DNA of 63,735 nucleotides, filler included, from Octopus bimaculoides (GCF_001194135.2; 7 parts of 7 records of this genome joined end to end with filler, not necessarily neighbours in it), one strand, 5' to 3'; shown: positions 37,480 through 52,022, counted from the whole stretch's first letter. Numbers and translations are program-made. Notes: a model not told the origin generated them from the letters alone.

Positions 37480-38110
37480 TTATTTAATAAATCTCCATTG
37501 GCTTCAACCATGGCCCCCAGACAACTTTGGTATCTCCTGTAACTCTTCTAGACAGTCTCCTTGTTTAAGTTGGTGAATGCTGCCATAATCCTTACCTTCA
37601 GGTCAACTTTGGTGTTACAAGGAGTTTTGTTTGTCTCTTGCTCAACTGCACCGCATACATAATAATCAAGGGAGTTGCAGTCTGGGAAGTTAGGTGGCCA
37701 GATGGTAGGAGTGGTGTGATCATAGAAATTGTCTGAGAGCCATGACTGGATTCTCTTGCTTCTGTGGCATGGTGTCGTCCAGCAGCCACCCTCTTGACCC
37801 AGGACAGCACTACCTTCTCCAGGCACCTGATGTAGGCTTCTGTGTTGAATCTGAGGCTGTGTGGGAAGATGAATGGAGGCATAACACTGCCATCACTAGT
37901 GATCGTTCCAAACACCATGATGTTAACTGGACGCTTGATTATTATCACTCTCGGTAAATGTATGGGGACACAGCAGCCCAACAGTTGCTTTGTGTGTTCA
38001 CCACCTGTTCGTATTAGAGCTTCTGGCATGAATGCCAAGCAGTACAGCATGTTGTTTCCAAATTCCTGGCAGAGTGAATTGTGCTGTGGTGCTGTTTTTA
38101 TCACAAATGG
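37480..38110 (-). pseudogene. Tc1/mariner-superfamily transposase fragment, maT (DD37D)-like, frameshifted
   Basis: MVFGTITSDGSVMPPFIF...YIRCLEKVV...PCH...WLSDNF...WPPNFPDCNSLDYY. The second catalytic D segment is deleted. Confidence 0.8.
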
Positions 38111-38695
38111 TACCCAACTGACCCTACTATACTGGGTAGTTGACAAAATCAAAAATAAACAATGCACAANNNNNNNNNNNNNNNNNNNNNNNNNNNNNNN
38201 NNNNNNNNNNNNNTTAATTAATTAANNNNNNNNNNNNNNNNNNNNNNNNNNNNNNNNNNNNNNNNNNNNATATATATATACATATACTTACGTGAGTACA
38301 CATATACACACTCACATATGCTTTGTAATTTGACTGGCTAGTTATAGCAACCGAAATCTGTTTTAAATCTTACCATGCTATATTAAAAATAGACTTATTA
38401 GTTAATGTATTCCTATATAGCTTATGTTTAAAATAGGATGAGGTGGTCACCGTTGGAACGCTTTTAATCATAGGTTATTTAGTCAGAGCTGTTATTGGAC
38501 AATATCAGCACGAACGATGATTTATATGAATATAGATGCACAAAGAAAAAATACACAAACGCTCACACATATACATGTACACACGAAAATACATATACAT
38601 ATATGTACAAGAGCATACCTACAAGTGTCCATACAAACACACACACACACACACACACACACGCATATATATATGTGATCACATATATATGCATG

Positions 38696-38768
<73 letters not shown>

Positions 38769-40094
38769 AATACATACACCTACATGAACACCCCCACCTC
38801 GCGACACATATATACAGTTACAGAGACATAAAACTTAAAACATAAAGAATGGGTTTCTCTGCTGATTAATTCTGTTTGGTCAACTTGTACAAACAGACCG
38901 AAATCTACTATCAGCGGAAAAGATTAAAGACCAGTGTATAAATAAATTGAATGTATGCCATATAGATAATATATCAACTGCGCTTACAGTATCAAATTGG
39001 ATTATCGTCTATATTCAGGACTATTTTATGTCCATTTTTACTATCAAATACGATGTTTGGCTATAATAGACTATACATATAATTATTTTTGTCTGCTTCA
39101 TCATCATGATCACTGAAGTTATCATTGATTTAAATAGCCATTTACATACTTGTGGTGTTTCTTGACAGTTTTGTTACAAAGCAATTTTGACTGTGTCATT
39201 ATTAACTGTGCAAGAACATCATCAAGAAAAGTAAGGTAAACTTTCGAGTTTGTGATTTTACTGAACACATATTTAGCCTTGCACAGGGGAAAAAAGAATA
39301 AGAAAAAAGAAGTTCTTATGTGGTATGTGTAGTAAATAATTTTACGTCGTTTCAAAGCCATATACCGTAAAATAGAAAGAAGGTGTTTTTATACTGATTA
39401 CTATTGTTTGGCTAACTTCTATAAGAAGATCGAAACCTACTTAATATTTATGGACAGATACATATATGATAAGTATGTCATACACATAAAGTTTTTACTC
39501 TAGGGCAGCTTCTATTGCATAATTTGAATTTTATTCAGCTTGAACGGCGTTTCTGCAAACTAGTATATTGAATATATACTGTCTCTATATACTACTGACT
39601 GACTAATTCGACAACGTTTCGAAAATGATACAAACACGTGACATCGATAAGCTGTGAAAAAAAACAACAACAAAAAAAAAACGGCGAAATGTACATATGT
39701 CGCTCCTGGGACGATTTTGTTTCGCTTGGCTCTGAACTATACTGTGTTTTTTAAACATAATATATCTACAAAGGGTATTATTTCCCGACTAGAAACTGCA
39801 GCTTCTGGCCTTTCAAAAATACACAGGCGTTAAATATATCATATAGATAAAAATTTTACCTTTTATTGATTGGCTGCTTGTTCATGTTAATGATATCACA
39901 CCATCTTATATGAAATTAATGCTAAACCTCTAATTAATAGAGAAACACTATTTTAAAAATATTTAATGCTATTTTAATTTATCAAATATTTTATTTTCAA
40001 AATATATTTTATCATTTTTCTTTTGAAATTGAATAAAAATGTTTCATTATTTCCAATAGACATTTGAAATGCTGCAAAAGTATATAACACTCTT

Positions 40095-40161
<67 letters not shown>

Positions 40162-42002
40162 AACACACGCAAGCAAGGCCTTTTCCTATACATTTAATTT
40201 TTTACCTCTTTATTGAAACGTAAGAAGCACTTCGTCCCTTATCATGAACATCCTATGTGCCGGTATATAAGCAAGAGCGGTACTTGCTGTTCGTTGCGTT
40301 AGCTAAAAGCTCATTTCTCTGTCTCTCTCTCTCTGTCTCTCTCTCTACCTCTCTCTGTCTGTCTGTCTGACTCTCTAAGATAAGATAACCTGTTGATAAA
40401 TAGCGCATTTAGAGAGATGAACAAATCAGATAATTGCAGTTCTACGTGTCTCTATACAAACAGGATGATTACAGTTCAAACGCCTTGATCATAGGCTGCT
40501 CGATCAGGTTTGTTCTGGCGCGAAACAACAACAAAAGCAATCAATAAATCAATGGGCTTTCTGTATGTGATCTGTACACCAACGTGATCAGTATCTACTT
40601 CATTGGTGATCTAAAGATTTCCCTGGAAATATTCACAATTCTAAGAAACAGCTGGTTTTAATGACTACCGCTGAAAACATAATAGTTAACAAATGAATTT
40701 TACTTAGAATTTACAAATGAATTTATAAATGAATTAACAAATAGATGAACGCAGTCAGTGTAACTTGTGGAAATTTAACCCATATCCTTAGAGCATACAG
40801 CGCAGTAATATCATTGGAAATGTTGAATTGTCAATAATTATAAATAGGATAATATTAAAATGTTAAAATTAAAATTTTGTCAACGCTATCAGGTTAGAAA
40901 TCATTACGATCATTCTTGTTATGAGATATTGATGTTCCTCATAGACATTGTTTAATGTAATCGTTATACTCGTAAAAGATCTAATCATATAAATCTCTTT
41001 CCTTTTGCAGTAAACATAGAAAAGAAACTGAAATATTACGTAATACTTGATGATAAAGAGTAACAAATATCTGTGTGGCTAGTCTTGAATTACATCGAAT
41101 TCACAATGAAGTATGTGCGGCCATTGATAGTAAAAAACACTTATTGGAAGTTTCCACAGAAATAATTTTGCTATACTTTATCTCGGAAAGATATGCATAA
41201 GAAGAAGATTACGATCAATCCTGGTGGCCTTTGATTATCATATGGTACAATCCGGACAGCTTCTGCTAAATAACGAACCAAAGAGAAAGCTTCTAGACGT
41301 TTGCTCACCTTGCTTACAATAGAATTAAATTCCTTTAAATCCTGCATTACTCTCTTAAAAAAGGAAGAATTCATACTGGATAATGCAGGTTGAGATATAA
41401 AAAAAAAATAATAGTCGCAGGAGGAACGTCATTGATCATAGATATGATTAATCGGGAATGGCTTGGCTCAAAACAGCAACAACAGTAAATGTAAGTACAT
41501 CTTATGTTTACAAATCAACGACAATCGATTCTGGTGTAAACTATTCAAGAAACATTTCCTTATTTAAGTGGACCAATAACGGTATCTTTCTCACCTGTTT
41601 CAGATAACCTACGAGGGCCGTGGACTGTACCCTTTCCTCCATACTCAACAAATAAAAAAAATGTGGTACCAGAACTACAGATCAAATTGACCCAACAGAG
41701 ACACGGACGAGAAGGAATCCATGTCAACAAAATGCACGAGCATTTTCATAATAAATTTGGGAATTGTGCTAACATGGACACATGGTGTAGTTGTCTCTCG
41801 TGAATTGATGACTTAAGTTATGAATTTATAACCCACAGACAACAGACAGCAACAAAATAGTTGTTTAGTAAAAGGCAGTCATCCGCTCAAATCTACTAAC
41901 AGTGATTAAAAATGTTATCTCATGTTCATACAAACGAAATAAATAATAAGTAACGAAATAAATAACTGTCTAAAATCTCACCAAGATGTTCTTATAGGGA
42001 AT

Positions 42003-42208
42003 GTTGCTGATTTCAAATTTTGTCACAAGGCCAGCAATTTCGGAGAAGGAGGTAAGTCAATTACATCGATCCCACTACTCAACTGGTACTTATTTTATCG
42101 AAAGGCAAAGTCGACCTCGGCGGAATTGGAACTCAGAACGTGTAGACGGACAGTATTGCCGCTAAGCATTTCGCCAAGTTTGCTAACGATCTGCCAGCTC
42201 ATCGCCTT
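42003..42208 (-). mobile_element. SINE F1
   Basis: Colinear with F1. Confidence 0.8.
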
Positions 42209-42799
42209 AACTGATTTCGAAATATTAAGCAATGTTATTTTTCAGCAAAAATTGCTCTGTAAAAAATATTTATATGTATATAATATAATTTTTCGATGTT
42301 GGGTACATTCAAATATTTCAACTGCAGGAATATTAGTAGAACATTCATATCAAAATATATGTCAAATGCAAACACAACAGGCATGTGCTGCTTCCAGCCC
42401 CAAATAAAAAAAGAAAACGAAACCATTACTTCTGCTGAGGTTAGTTTTCCTTAGAAGAAGGACATTTTCTTTCAAAATCATTAAGTCCATAAGCTTCAAA
42501 ATCAGCTTATTGACTTGCAGTGTTTACTCATCAGAAATTCACATTGGTGCTTGTAATCAATGGTATACAGGATTATGTTACATCATGTTTCAGTAATAAT
42601 TTCAATAATTCTTTCATTTCAGACAAAGGAAACTATATAACATCTCTACAAATTCAATGTGTAGATGCAATAATGAAAATATATATAAAAAAGAAAAACT
42701 GTTGTTGATGTCCAAATTTTAATGAAGACTTTGTTAAAAAGGAAGCAGACACTTTAGAGGATAAATCTGATGAATTACGTAAAGAAGAAAGCATACATA

Positions 42800-42991
42800 C
42801 CCTATTTTCCGGTAAATAAGTCGACGTAGTATATAGTATAACACGCAGTGAAATCATCAAACATTATCCTTATCTTTCCAAATCTTGCTGATTTTCATAT
42901 GAAGTTTTTGGTCCTTCAAAGTCAGCTTGGTTTGTAAGTCGACTTGTGTATTTTGCTTTGAAAAGGTCGACTTGTGTGGTGGAAAATACGG
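42800..42991. mobile_element. pogo/Tigger-like MITE
   Basis: CCCTATTTTCCGG...AAGTCGAC / GTCGACTTG...GGAAAATACGG termini. TA on the left flank, TG on the right. Confidence 0.6.
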
Positions 42992-43053
42992 TGCATTGTT
43001 TGGTAAACCTTTGTGAAGATTCTGTGATATTAAAGTCATGTACTTGCTATTGT

Positions 43054-43129
43054 AAATGCTATACTTTCTTACAAATGCTATACTTTCTTACAAATGCTAT
43101 ACTTTCTTACAAATGCTATACTTTCTTAC
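43054..43129. repeat. Tandem repeat, 4 x 19 bp (AAATGCTATACTTTCTTAC)
   Basis: Four identical units. Confidence 0.95.
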
Positions 43130-44544
43130 AAGTGGCTACTTGTACCGAGAATCACTTTAAAAATCAAATTTAAAATGTTCCGTGATTCTGAGGTAAGTAT
43201 AGATTTAGGAAGTGTCTTTTTACCTCGATGCTGAATGAATCTTTTTCTATACTTAGAATTCGAATCTGCATTAGCAGATTGTTAGCTGCATTTTATTGTA
43301 TTTAAGGAAACGAACTTTGAGATGCTCTTGAGATATAAAAAGAAATGATGGCTTGTCGGTTTTTGAGTGTTATGGATGACTGATAAACATTGTTGACCTG
43401 AATCGTATCAAAACTATTTTTCGGAGAAAATATTATTAGTGAGGAAGTCAACTAAATTCATCACTCACGCATAACAAACAAAATATTGTGACTAGAAGCA
43501 CAGAAAAACATACAATTTTATATACACGTTAATGTATACCTTTATATATATTAATATTAAATATATATATTAATATATATATATATACCTTTGACCTAAA
43601 AATTAATCAATATACTATTCATCTAATATTATCGAGAGAAATAAAAATGAAGTTAATTACTTGATGATATATTAACCTTACGATGTAATTAGCTGTTATT
43701 ATGGCAGAGAAAGAAACACTTGAAAGCGTGATGGACATGAGTTTCACTAAGGCAAAAATGATGTTGTGTAATGAAAATAATTACAAGCTGGAACTGAAAC
43801 CAATTCAGAGATGTTTCTATCTGCTATCATATTAACTCTGCCTAGTAACAGTCATCATATACTTAAGATATAAATCATTGCTAAGACATTCTATAGGCAG
43901 CGACGTTTTATCAGACTGTTGAATCATGTTATATTATATCTTTAAGCATGGAACATCATTATTTCTCTTCTTCCTACAATTAAAAAGAAAAAAAAACCCC
44001 AGCTCACTATCTAATTCTGAAATTGACGTTTAGCATTACATTATCACTACTTCTTACAGAAGCATCTATTTTATCGGAGCAGGATTAGGAATTATGAAAT
44101 GTTACTTGGTGCCTAAGGATTAAGTAATCATTAAAGATTTATGACAATTTACTATATAGACAGGTGTAAAGTTGTGGAGGTGTTTATATATCATATTTAC
44201 TCATTTGCCTCGGTGTATATTTCATTGTTTCTGTAAAGCCGGAAATAATCACTTTTATGACTACCTGTAAGCATACAAATTATATATATAACATAAAAAT
44301 TATATATATATANNNNNNNNNNNNNNNNNNNNNNNNNNNNNNNNNNNNNNNNNNNNNNNNNNNNNNNNNNNNNNNNNNNNNNNNNNNNNNNNNNNNNNNN
44401 NNNNNNNNNNNNNNNNNNNNNNNNNNNNNNNNNNNNNNNNNNNNNNNNNNNNNNNNNNNNNNNNNNNNNNNNNNNNNNNNNNNNNNNNNNNNNNNNNNNN
44501 NNNNNNNNNNNNNNNNNNNNNNNNNNNNNNNNNNNNNNNNNNNN

Positions 44545-44578
<34 letters not shown>

Positions 44579-44743
44579 TACACAAACAAACACACAAACA
44601 CACAAACATATAAGGAAGGATAAATTAGACATTATTGACCTAAATACCATGGTCAAGACAGGCTGGTCATTGCTGGATCGCTTCTGACCATAGATCTTAT
44701 CATTCAGAGTTGACCTCAATCAAAAGCAACAACAGCTGCTACT

Positions 44744-44935
<192 letters not shown>

Positions 44936-45797
44936 AACTAATTACGATGATAGCAACAACTGCAACAACGATGACGATAATATCAAGTGTAAAAAAAGAA
45001 AATGCTATTTTCCTGGCATTTCTTCAGTAGCACCTCTGATAACATTGCGTCATGTGTTATGTATTTTGGAAATAAACACAAAAAAAAAATACCACGAGAA
45101 GATGCTCATCAATTTCCCTCGATCGTTTTCCCAATAAATTAGCAATAAAGGTGTGGGCAAAACCTTAACTTTATTATAGTAGCAGGTTAAAAAAAAAAAC
45201 CTCAATAATCTTGGATAACGTGAGAATATAAATGAAAATAATGATACGTAGCGGTAAAGACAGGAGAAGGGGAGAAACTGTATAATGAAATATGAACATC
45301 ATCTGATGGATCTGATATATGTTTTGATAAGGACAGGTTTTAAAAAATATCTTTTTTAACATATATATTCATACCGTTGTTTTTGACGTTGAACATTCAT
45401 TTTGTGTAAATGTTAATTTAATTTTAATCCAGCTAAAGGAGACAATTTTTTTTCGAAAAAATGTTCATGCTCAAACACACACACACACACAAACACACAC
45501 ACATACACACACACACGCACACGCACTCATACACACAGTCGCATATATTAATATGACATACGCATGTGTATATGTGTGTGTGTATGTGCGTGTGTGTGTG
45601 TGTGCGTGTGTGTGTGTGTGTGCGTGCACGCGCGCGTGTATGATATTATAATCTCATGCTCGTATACCCAGAAAACACATATGTACATAATTATTTGCGT
45701 GTATGTCTATACGTATGTATATAAACGTATGTAGTTGAATATGCGTATATATGTTTATGAGAGTGCGTGTGTGTGGGTGTGTGTGTGTGCAAACATA

Positions 45798-47069
45798 TCA
45801 GGTCATTCCATAAGTTCTCTCCAAATTTTGAATAAAGAAAACAATGTTATATTTAATTGAAATTTAATCATCAATCTACTTTTCCTGATTATCTATGACT
45901 TCCTTCCATCTATTTACAAGCTTTTTAATCCCATTAATGTAAAACTCTTTTGGTTTCAAACGAAGAACTCTGAAATGTCAGTTTCGACCTCCTTCTGACT
46001 TGCGGAAGTTATATCCTCTAAAGGATTCTGTAAACTACGAAACAAATGGTAGTCTGAAGGAGCAAGGTCGGGAGAGTGGTTGAGGAATTTTTTCTCAACC
46101 AAGCTCTTCGATCTTCTGTGATGTTATCCTTGCAGTGTAGAGCCGCGCATTGTCCTGATGAAACATCACGCCTTTTCGGTTCACTAAAGCGGGTCTTTTT
46201 TTCTTCAAAGCTTGGTTCAAACGCTCTAATTGCTGACAGTAGACTTGAGCATTGATTGTTGCACTAGGTGGTAACAATTCAAAGTGAATTACTCCTTTGC
46301 AATCCCACCAGATAGAGAGACGAACCTTTTTTCCATGAAGTTCCCTTCTCGGTTGTGGTTGAGCTTTTCCCTTTTACCAAGCCACTGTTTACGACGTTTA
46401 ACATTTCGATAGAAGATCCATTTTTCGTCACCAGTCACAAGCCTATCCAAAAGGGTGAAATGAGTTCGCGAGGATGGAGAGAAGAGCAGATGTCAACTCG
46501 GGATTTGCGGTAGCTTTCGGACAATTCATGAGGTACCCATTTTCCAAGTTTAGGAACCTTTCCAAGTTGCTGAAGATGACGATGAACAGTTATATGATTT
46601 GAACTAAGCTTTATTGCCAATTCCTCAACTGATAATGCAAGATTTTCTTCAAGTAATGCCTCAACGAGCTTATCATCAAACTCAACTTGACGTCCTGTTC
46701 GATTTTTATCTTCAAGGCTGAAATCTCCACTTCTGAATTTTGCAAACCATCTTCTACAAGTTCTTTCATTCAAGCATTCTTTGCCATAAACTGAGTGTAT
46801 GTTTCGAGTCGCTTCGGCTGCAGAGTTTCCTTTTTTGTATTCATAAAGCATTATGTGCCTTAAATGCTCTTTGTATACTTCCATGCTAGAAAGGGTTTTA
46901 ATCAAAGAAATTTTAATTCTATTATTTTGTAAAATAATATTTAATTAGTTTAAATGTACACAAATGCATAAAAATAATATTTTTATTCCATTAGACATTC
47001 TAAAATACTATTAAATTTCATTGAATTTAAAAAAAAGTAAAATCGGACAGAACTTATGGGATGACCTGA
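45798..47069 (-). mobile_element. Full-length mariner element (1272 bp)
   Basis: TIRs TCAGGTCAT(T/C)CCATAAGTTCT.TCC with TA on both flanks. Confidence 0.95.
45863..46884 (-). pseudogene. Mariner (DD34D-type) transposase pseudogene with several frameshifts and a stop
   Basis: HLRHIMLYEY, WVPHEL, VTGDEKW, FHQDNAR and SPDLAPSDYHLF motifs occur across shifting frames. Confidence 0.95.
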
Positions 47070-47365
47070 TATATACATACATTCATATATATATGCCTAT
47101 ATAGATTGTGTGGTGTTATTACAAAGCTCCATTAACATCCCTAGTGGAGTAGTTTTAAGTTGACAATCCTTGCTAACATATAACTGTTTGGCATTCAGTG
47201 GACTTCATTTTTCGTTTTGGCCGATCCAAATGCTGACAAAGAGCAAATGGACGCGATAAATTCTCATGATGTAGCAATGTCCACTCTCTGAATGAAACAC
47301 AGGGGTTGCGCAAGCACATGCAAAGAAAAATGGATAGCCGTTAGAATATGAAAAATAGACTGGGT

Positions 47366-47567
47366 ATTGGCTTCAAATTTTGGTATAAGGCCAGCGATTT
47401 AGGGGGGAGAGGCTAAGTCGAATCCAATGCTCTGCTGGTACTTATTTTATCAACCCCGAAAGGCAAAGTCGACCTCGGAACAATTTGAACTCAGAACATA
47501 AAGACGGACGAAATGTCGTTAAACATTTTGTACGGTGTGCTAACGATTCTCCCAGCTTGCTGCGTTA
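47366..47567 (-). mobile_element. SINE F1
   Basis: Colinear with F1. Confidence 0.8.
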
Positions 47568-48549
47568 GGTAGGCTAGATATTACAAAGTAACAAATTCAT
47601 CCTATTGAATAAAGCGCGACGAACATAGCTTGGAAAGACTAATAAGTGGATAGCATGAGCTAAAGTTGACGAACGGAAGCTATCATGGAGACTGCTATTG
47701 AAAATAGGTCCGTGAAGTTTCTGTTGCGATTCCTCTTCGGAATTGTGTACAGCGTGCTTCCGTCTTTCAACACTGAGGCCTGAGAGTTATTGATGATTGT
47801 TATCTTATGCAATGATAAATCAGCATCAAAAGAATGAGAATCAATGCAAAATTGAAACTTGTTTGCCAGACGAAGAATGAACAGGAATTTATGTAGAAGA
47901 TAAACAAATGAAAGGCGTGACCAGTGTTCTAAACACATACTCATAACCACAACATGTACGCTACATACACATAGCGGGATATACCTTACAGACAAACTCA
48001 ATTAGAAGATTGTATGCACACACGCATGTTCAAAAGAAAATACAAAATCTAAACCCATGTAAGGATATATATAGTTCGGTAGATACATTCCTACACGGAC
48101 ACATAATCGCAAACAAACACAGATATAAAGAAATATAATTGATTTCATTTATTTACAATAATCATCAACATATCACATGAAATTAATGAATATACGCACA
48201 TACACATACACAAAATGGAATAAACAGGACAATAGGAGGCACATGAGACAGAAAGTCACTGATGATGTCACAGAATATATGTTTATGCTTTTATACAAAA
48301 TCTCCTTTGTTTCTACAATCTTGCGATATGATATTTCAGAAGATTAGCACATAGCAATATAAAGAGTTCGGCACTGACAGTTGTGATTAAAAATATTTTC
48401 AAACGTCTAATCAGATTGCATCTGAATTGGGGAAATATGCTCTATCTCAGTTTTGCCGATTAAATTTCACTGAAAGTATTAGTATAGTACCAATGTCTCT
48501 ATCTCAATGACATTAATGACTTAAGCTGTCGGTTTTCAGTTGGTCTGGG

Positions 48550-49650
48550 GGTCTTGAAAGCAATCATTTTAGTTATGTGCTGTGATAAGCTAATTGTAAT
48601 TGTGTGTCATCATTTGCTAGATTATCCGAGAGGATAGATGTGTTTTGTGATTGACATGTAGTTGTGTTGTTGTGTTATAGTTGTTGGGGCGGTAATCAAT
48701 AACTATCATTGCGACTGACTAGTTTGTGGTTGTATGTTGTGTGCTAGTGGGTTATCAGAGAGGCATTTACTATAGCTATGTATTGTGCTATGATTGACTT
48801 GTAGCAGTTGTGCGCTGGTACGTGGTGGAATATCAGAGAGCCAATCACTATAACTATGCATTGTGATTGACCTGCACATTGTCAGTCGATAGGCAATCAC
48901 TCCAGTTGAGTTGCTAGCTCTTGTATTGAGACAAACATCTTAATTATTTGTAGTTAGTAACTGAAAGTTACTCCGGTAGTTTAGTGCGTGTTTCTATTTA
49001 CTGTATTATCGTGCAGACAATCTATTTCGTTGAGTATTGTCTTAGAGTCAATCATTGTAGAATTGTGTTGTCACTTGCTGTATTGTCTTAGAGATACTCA
49101 ATCTAGTGTATTGTCAATTAATCATTTAAACTTGTGAGAAGTCAGCTGCGGTATTGTTAGACAATATGGTTGCGTATAGCGCTAGAATCTGTCACTATAC
49201 GACAATGTTGTCATTTACTGTGTTATATAAACAGCCATCACTCTTGTATAGACTTGTATTCTCATTTATTATAGTGTTATTCAGTGGTTTTTTTTTCACA
49301 GGGAAATTGTGAGTATTGAAATGGGTAGAAAATGCCATGGTTAACAAAAAGAGATGGTTTTAAAATTTTATACTTGTCCAAAACCATAGCAAAGATTGAC
49401 AAACTATAACGTTGCGAATTTTATTTTGCTTTAACGTTATCAAATAGGCGGAGAAGGGCGCAAAATTCTTTTTGGGTTTTGGTATTATCAGTTTGAGAAT
49501 CACAGTTGTTAAAGGCAATCAATCCAGTTGTGTGTTGCCGTTTACGGTGCTGTCATAGAGTTAACTACTCTGGTTGATTACTCTTGTTTAGAGGCAATCA
49601 CTCTAGATTGCATTAGCAACTATCTTACATATTTGATGAAAACTACTCTG
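48550..49650. repeat. Highly degenerate minisatellite-like region
   Basis: Recurring (TTATC)AGAG(A)GGCAATCACT.TAG...TTGTGATTGAC motif, about every 55-80 bp in 48550-48910 and scattered beyond. Confidence 0.55.
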
Positions 49651-50730
49651 GCATAGCTGAACGTTGCTATTAATTACACATTCAATCTGCCAAACTAACA
49701 TAGATATGAGTGTTGCTGACCGGTACAGTTTAGTGCTTATACAAACAAGTCTAGTACCTCTAAGTCTTCAAGCTTGAGTATTGCTGACCACCGCTCTTTT
49801 ATGCTTCATGTGTAATTCAGTTCGCTATGCCATAGTGGATTATTTCTTCGACCTGGCAATTTCCTTTGCGTTTGTATGCATCAATATTTGGTATTTGTAT
49901 AGTTTAAAATAGAATGACTTGGTGATCTTGATTGGCTTTCAAATTTGAAAGGTTAAACATAGCAATAGTTTCAGCAAAATTGTAGCTTGTGAAATAGGAA
50001 ATTTTCATAGCATTATGGTTAAGTAGTTTACGTTCAGGAAAGAGATGCTTGTTCAAGAGTTTGCAGAAAAGCCTGGCTTTAAGAGCAAGATCTTAGAGAC
50101 CAAGGGATGAATTATAAACAGCGATGCTTCTCTATGTACTTAGCGGGTGATGAACGTGTATTCCCATTAGTTCTTCAGAGAAGTGCTTTCATTTTGCATT
50201 TGTACATTAGAAAATAAAATCTTAAAGAGATTTTTGTGATTAAATTGTTAATAATGCTTTCAAAATTGTTCGAAAATTTACGAATTTGCTTGTCACCTCT
50301 CTTTCTTAGGGGCTTTTATTTTGAACTACCTAAATAGAATGTGGCACCACAAAAATTTATTAGTTGAAAATGGGGCTTCAAAAGTTATAGGAAATTATAG
50401 TTTTAATTCATGAAGACATTTTACGGATGTTACTAATTATTTGTAGCTTAAAGGTTATAAGTCATAGCGAGCTATGATTACTTGATGGTAATTATCTACT
50501 AGTTTGTTGAAGTTTACATTTTATTGACACCCAAACACCGCTTATTGTTTGCATATGTTTATATGTCCTGTTTTTAACATTCTATAATGTTAAAAAACCA
50601 GCCTTTGGCAAAACTTCACGGTAACAATCAACATTCCGAGAGCAAGTGTTTGAATTTATATCTTCTGTTGAATTCTTTTTCCAGTAAATGCTTGTTGCTT
50701 TTAAATACAAAAAAATCTATCTGTTTTTCT

Positions 50731-50761
<31 letters not shown>

Positions 50762-51986
50762 CGTCTGTCTGTCTGTCTGTCAGCGTGTCTATGTGGTTAT
50801 TTGTGTATGTCTATGTGCCTGGGTGCATGTGAAAGACAGTGTTAGCTTGTATGAATGCGGGAAGCATTAATAGATTCAACTCGTTCCAAAATCGATTTTG
50901 CCCCTATTTTTTTAGGAACCACTAAGCTAAATACCAAAATTGCTGGTGTCTACAAAATTTAGAAACATCTTTCGAGACGGTGGTTCACTCTGCTTGCAGC
51001 GTTATCTAATAAAAGAATAACAGAGTATAATAAAAATTTCAATAACTATCGCAGTTCGTTTAATATCCATTATATACATGTCTACACACACACACGCACA
51101 CACACACGCACACACACACGCACACACACACGCAATAACACACACACACACACACACANNNNNNNNNNNNNNNNNNNNNNNNNNNNNNNNNNNNNNNNNN
51201 NNTTAATTAATTAANNNNNNNNNNNNNNNNNNNNNNNNNNNNNNNNNNNNNNNNNNNNGATGGTGGTTTTGGTGGTGCTGGTGGTGGTGGTGGTGGTGGT
51301 GGTGGTGATGGTGGTTATTGCGGTGATGGTATTGGTGGACAAATTGCCTGGCATTGGTAGGGAGTGTTGCACTGGTTGTGGTGAGGGACACTCTTGTTTA
51401 TTTGTGAAGGAAACCTGGTTGGTAAAAAGGGTCAAAGTTGAAAAAGCGAGATGATTGCGCTGGTCAGTGAGGGCTAAAATAAGGCTGTCCACTGTAAAAG
51501 GTGACAAATTATATAAATATGTTCAAGCCTACTCTAGAAACTATAGATGGCAGAGATTCGAACTTGTGTGAAGTTGTCTCCGTCTGAATATTTGATGCTT
51601 TCATCGATTAGACGAAACGGAGCTTATAATTGCAATAAGAGCGGCCATGTTTGAAAATCAAACGATAGTGGCGTGGTGGGTTCGTGGAAGGTTTCAATGG
51701 AGGGATGTTGTGAGGTAATGATGATGATGATGAAAAGGAAGAAGAGTGGAAGGTGGTGGAGGGGGGACGGGGTGAAGAAATGGATGGCAGAATCGATGCT
51801 GTCGCGAAGACACAAGCTTTTGGAGATATCGTTGTAAAAGGCGATGAATGTGACTGACATGATGACGACGGCGACGAGGAGGAGGAGGAGAGGTAGGAGG
51901 AGGAAGAGGATCAGCAGCAGCAGCACCAGCAGCGGCAGAGAAGGTCTAAAAGGGGACAAATGAGGAGCAGGAAACGAAGGACGGAA

Positions 51987-52022
<36 letters not shown>

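Noticed and set aside
42811-42816. Splice donor closing a putative exon at 42623
   Set aside because: It lies inside the TIR of the pogo-like MITE.
43054-43129. CRISPR-like array
   Set aside because: The units are contiguous with no spacers, in a eukaryotic context.
45003-45033. Minus-strand TGCTA-CTGAAGA...GAAA-A-TAGCA
   Set aside because: No stem II pairing and no stem III or NUH.
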